Assembly: GCA_964391975.1 (NCBI GenBank)
Contig: CAYMNZ010000001.1
Location: 81,280-130,464, forward strand
DNA: 49,185 nt
Reading direction: 5' to 3'
Source of the DNA: an uncultured Candidatus Saccharibacteria bacterium
GTDB lineage: Bacteria; Patescibacteriota; Minisyncoccia; Phycocordibacterales; Phycocordibacteraceae
Below are positions 46,140 to 49,185 of the stretch, one piece after another (position 1 is the stretch's first letter; each line of letters opens with the position of its first letter). A program made the position numbers and the translations under genes. The notes under the pieces were generated by a model. It ran no database searches, was not told the origin of the DNA, and was given only the letters and a program-made list of their open reading frames with translations.

Positions 46140-49100
46140 TTACCCCTCAATGGGAGCAGACGGCGGGACGGAAGTCTCGCCGTTTTCTTTAAACCGCTTC
46201 TTCACTGCGCTTCCCGGCCAGCGATGGTAGAGGACAGGGATGAGAAGAAGCGTGAGCGCCATCGAGAAGGTAAGACCGAACATAATCGCGAAGGCGAGCG
46301 GGCCCCAGAGCGCTGAAGCGAAGGAGAGCGGAATCATACCGACGACCGTCACGATGGTAGTGAGCACAATCGGGCGGAAGCGGGATGCTGCTGCCTCGAC
46401 CACCACATCAATCAGGGTCTGGTTTGGATTCTCACGCCCAATACGAGAAATGGAATCCATGAGAATAATGGCGTGGTTGATGATGACACCAGCCAGTGCA
46501 ATCACACCGAGCATTGAGGTGAAGGAGAGTGCCTGACGTGTAATCATGAGGCCGAAGAACACACCGATAAGCGAGAGCGGGATGATGGCAAGCAGATAGA
46601 AGGAGTGGCGGAAGGAGTTGAACTCAAGCACAAGGATGGCGAGCATGAACGCGAGGCCGGCCAAGAGTGCGAGTCCCATCTCGGCAAAGGATTGGTTGAC
46701 GTCCTCGCTCTCTCCACCAACGTTCAGTGTGACGCCAGCAGGAAGTTCTTGGGACGCCAGCGCATTGGTGAACTGGTTCGTAATCTCCACTGCGTTGCCG
46801 CCTGCTGCGACCTCTCCTGAAACCTGTGCAATGCGCTCGCCGGCTTCGTGCTGGATGATGGTAACGGCTGGCTCAAAGGAAACGGTTGCGATGGAGGAGA
46901 GGGGAACCGGGCCCTTGGTTCCCTGTATGGAGAGTCCACGCACAGCGTCAATTGAAGCGCGGGTAGCTTCGCTCGGGTCGGTGTAGGTAGGGTTGAGGTT
47001 GAGCTTCGTGCGTATCTCAATGTCCTCGCTTCCGGTGCGGATGGTGGTAGCTTCGCTGCCAAAGAGTGCTCCGCGAAGTGTTGCACCGACGCTTGCAGGG
47101 GAGACCCCGAGCTCTACCGCCTTGGCAGAATCAAGGCGCACCACGAACTCCGGCACATCTCCGCGCGTTGAGGCGCTGACGTTGATAGCCCCTGGAATGT
47201 CTGAGAGGGTGCGTGCTGCACGGTCTGCAGCAAGGGTAAGGTTACCAAGGTCATCTCCTGAGAAGGTGACGAGAAGTGGTGCGCCTGACGGAGGACCTCC
47301 AGCAAGTTCTGAGACGGTCACGCGTCCAGAGGTAATGTCAGCGAGTTTCTCGCGGTAGTCAGCAACAATCTCGGCACTCGAATCCTTGCGGTCGGAGCGG
47401 AGGTTGAGCGTTACGTTTGCGATATTCTCGTTACCGCCACCGGAAGCAAAGCCGCTGGTGAAGGAGCTTCCTGCACCTGTCTCGGTGACGAAGGACTCAA
47501 TACGCTCGTCTCCATAGAGGTATTCCTCCACTTCGCGCACGACAAGATCAGTTTCGGTAAGCGGGGTGCCTGGCGGTGTCTCTATTTCAATAATGGCGAG
47601 GTCCATGTCTTCTGGGGGGAAGAACTCCACCTTCACCAAGCCCACCATTGGAAGGAGGAGCGAAACGAAGAAGAGGGCGAGCATGCCCTGAAGGAAGCGG
47701 TTCTCCTTCTTGCGGTCACCGAGGACGCTGCGCAGCAATGACTTATACCAGTGCTGAGCCTTCTCGTTGTAGCGCTCTTGAATCATCTCTATCTTTGAGC
47801 GCTCCGGCTTGATGATGTACATCGTAAAGAGTGGCACGAGGCCAAGCGCCACGAAGATGGACGCCAAGAGCACGAAGATAAGCGTGAAAGGAATGGAGGC
47901 AACGAACTTGCCCACGATGCCTGATAGGAAGAAGAGGGGAACGAAGACCACGACGGTGGTGAAGGTACCGGCAATGAGTGGCCATGCGTACTCCTTAATT
48001 GCAGCGAGCGCTGCAGCACGCTTGTCGCCAAGCTTCGCAAGGCGAGTGTGAATGGCCTCCACAATCACGATGCCCGAGTCCACCAGAATACCGATAGCGA
48101 GAATCAGCGCGAAGAGCGAAATGAAGTTAATCGTGTTGCCGGAAGCATAGATACCGATAAACGCGATGAGGAAGGAGAGCGGTATCGAAAGGGCAGCAGC
48201 AAGCGATTCCCTCCACCCAAGTGTTGCAAAGAGCATGAGCATCACCAAGAAGACTGTCTCAAGACCCACGCGAGAGAGTTCGGTGAGGTCGTGAGAAATG
48301 TCATCGGCCGCATCAAAGGTAATCACCGTCTCGGTGCCTGCAAGCGTTGTCTTGGAAAGTTCGGCAAGGGTCTCCTTCACTTCAGTTCCCGTCTGAAGAA
48401 TGTTGCCGCCGCGACTCTTGAATACGGAAAGGGTAAGGGCAGGCGAGGAAGGAGCACTCTCAAGTGAGACGCGAGAGAAGGTGGCAGGGTCTGCAACGCT
48501 GTCGACGACGTCTGCGACGTCACGGATGTGGATGGCGTTTCCACCTGGTCCTGCAATGGCAACGTTGCCTACCTCCTCGGTACTCTCGAGTCCTGCTTCA
48601 AAGCGGACCGAGTACTTCACGTGGTCAATCGTAATGGTGCCTGCTGGGGAGGCAGCACCAGAGAGCCTGAGGGCATTGGTGACGTCTGAGAGCGAGAGAC
48701 CGTACTGAAGGAGCTTCTCCTGGCGCACGATGACTTGCACCTGGCGCTCACGAACTCCTGAGAGGGAAACACTAGAGACGCCCGGCACGCGCTCCAGCTC
48801 ATCCTTCACCGTCTCACCAAGCGCGGTCAACTCTCCTGGTGCGAGGTTGCCTGCGATAGAGGCGATGATGATAGGTTGGTCGGCGAAGTTAACGTCCGAG
48901 ACAATGGGGTCTTCCGCCTCCGCAGGAAGCTCAGGACGTACCTTATCGATTTCATCCTTAAGGAGCTGTATGGAGCGGTCGATGTCAGCGTTGGCCTCAA
49001 ATTCTACCGAAACACTTGAAACACCTGCACCAGAGGAGGAGGTTACCTTCGAGACACGTTCAAGCGAGAGTACGCGGTCTTCTACCTTGTCGGTGATGAG

Positions 49101-49185
49101 CTGCTCGATGTCTTCGGCAGAGGCTCCGGGAAGAATGGTCGTGACGATGCCAAGCGGCACCTGGATTTCAGGCGACGACTCCTTT
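46140..49185 (-). CDS. RND efflux permease (AcrB family), 5' end outside the window
   Basis: PGASAEDIE, GILVDSGIVIVE, GVIINHAII, RFRPIVLTT; the frame stays open to the window edge. Confidence 0.95.
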   Translation of the reverse strand, partial: KESSPEIQVPLGIVTTILPGASAEDIEQLITDKVEDRVLSLERVSKVTSSSGAGVSSVSVEFEANADIDRSIQLLKDEIDKVRPELPAEAEDPIVSDVNFADQPIIIASIAGNLAPGELTALGETVKDELERVPGVSSVSLSGVRERQVQVIVRQEKLLQYGLSLSDVTNALRLSGAASPAGTITIDHVKYSVRFEAGLESTEEVGNVAIAGPGGNAIHIRDVADVVDSVADPATFSRVSLESAPSSPALTLSVFKSRGGNILQTGTEVKETLAELSKTTLAGTETVITFDAADDISHDLTELSRVGLETVFLVMLMLFATLGWRESLAAALSIPLSFLIAFIGIYASGNTINFISLFALILAIGILVDSGIVIVEAIHTRLAKLGDKRAAALAAIKEYAWPLIAGTFTTVVVFVPLFFLSGIVGKFVASIPFTLIFVLLASIFVALGLVPLFTMYIIKPERSKIEMIQERYNEKAQHWYKSLLRSVLGDRKKENRFLQGMLALFFVSLLLPMVGLVKVEFFPPEDMDLAIIEIETPPGTPLTETDLVVREVEEYLYGDERIESFVTETGAGSSFTSGFASGGGNENIANVTLNLRSDRKDSSAEIVADYREKLADITSGRVTVSELAGGPPSGAPLLVTFSGDDLGNLTLAADRAARTLSDIPGAINVSASTRGDVPEFVVRLDSAKAVELGVSPASVGATLRGALFGSEATTIRTGSEDIEIRTKLNLNPTYTDPSEATRASIDAVRGLSIQGTKGPVPLSSIATVSFEPAVTIIQHEAGERIAQVSGEVAAGGNAVEITNQFTNALASQELPAGVTLNVGGESEDVNQSFAEMGLALLAGLAFMLAILVLEFNSFRHSFYLLAIIPLSLIGVFFGLMITRQALSFTSMLGVIALAGVIINHAIILMDSISRIGRENPNQTLIDVVVEAAASRFRPIVLTTIVTVVGMIPLSFASALWGPLAFAIMFGLTFSMALTLLLIPVLYHRWPGSAVKKRFKENGETSVPPSAPIEG

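Overview
A 49 kb, gene-dense bacterial segment read in genetic code 11 (TGA is used as a stop). It looks like a Patescibacteria/CPR (Parcubacteria-like) genome, inferred from the type IV pilin cluster, short RF2, cupin PGI, many small membrane proteins and the absence of Shine-Dalgarno motifs. The backbone carries an ABC-F ATPase, pilC plus pilins and a prepilin peptidase, ligA, gatCA, glmS, prfB-ftsEX-pyrG, metK with a SAM-I-type riboswitch, a pseudouridine synthase, AlkB, a partial RND pump and six tRNAs. An AT-richer island follows tRNA-Gln (about 29.3-37.7 kb). It holds a cupin-like gene, a TIR + caspase pair (type IV Thoeris-like), and an unrecognised module: small protein, wHTH protein, GHKL/MORC-like ATPase, a DnaA-domain-IV/sigma4/Zn-finger fusion, and a convergent C5 methyltransferase. 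The most notable non-gene signal is a degenerate motif, GTTCNAAYAWCGTYC, at 416, 15614, 30315 and 32061. In three cases it is joined to a copy of the 3' end of the upstream tRNA and closes integrase-less cargo units, which suggests tRNA-anchored gene cassette arrays. Also notable: a pervasive -10-box-then-start-codon (leaderless) layout, tRNA 3' ends abutting start codons, and an AOX/PTOX-like diiron protein. All calls come from reading motifs by eye; no searches were run.
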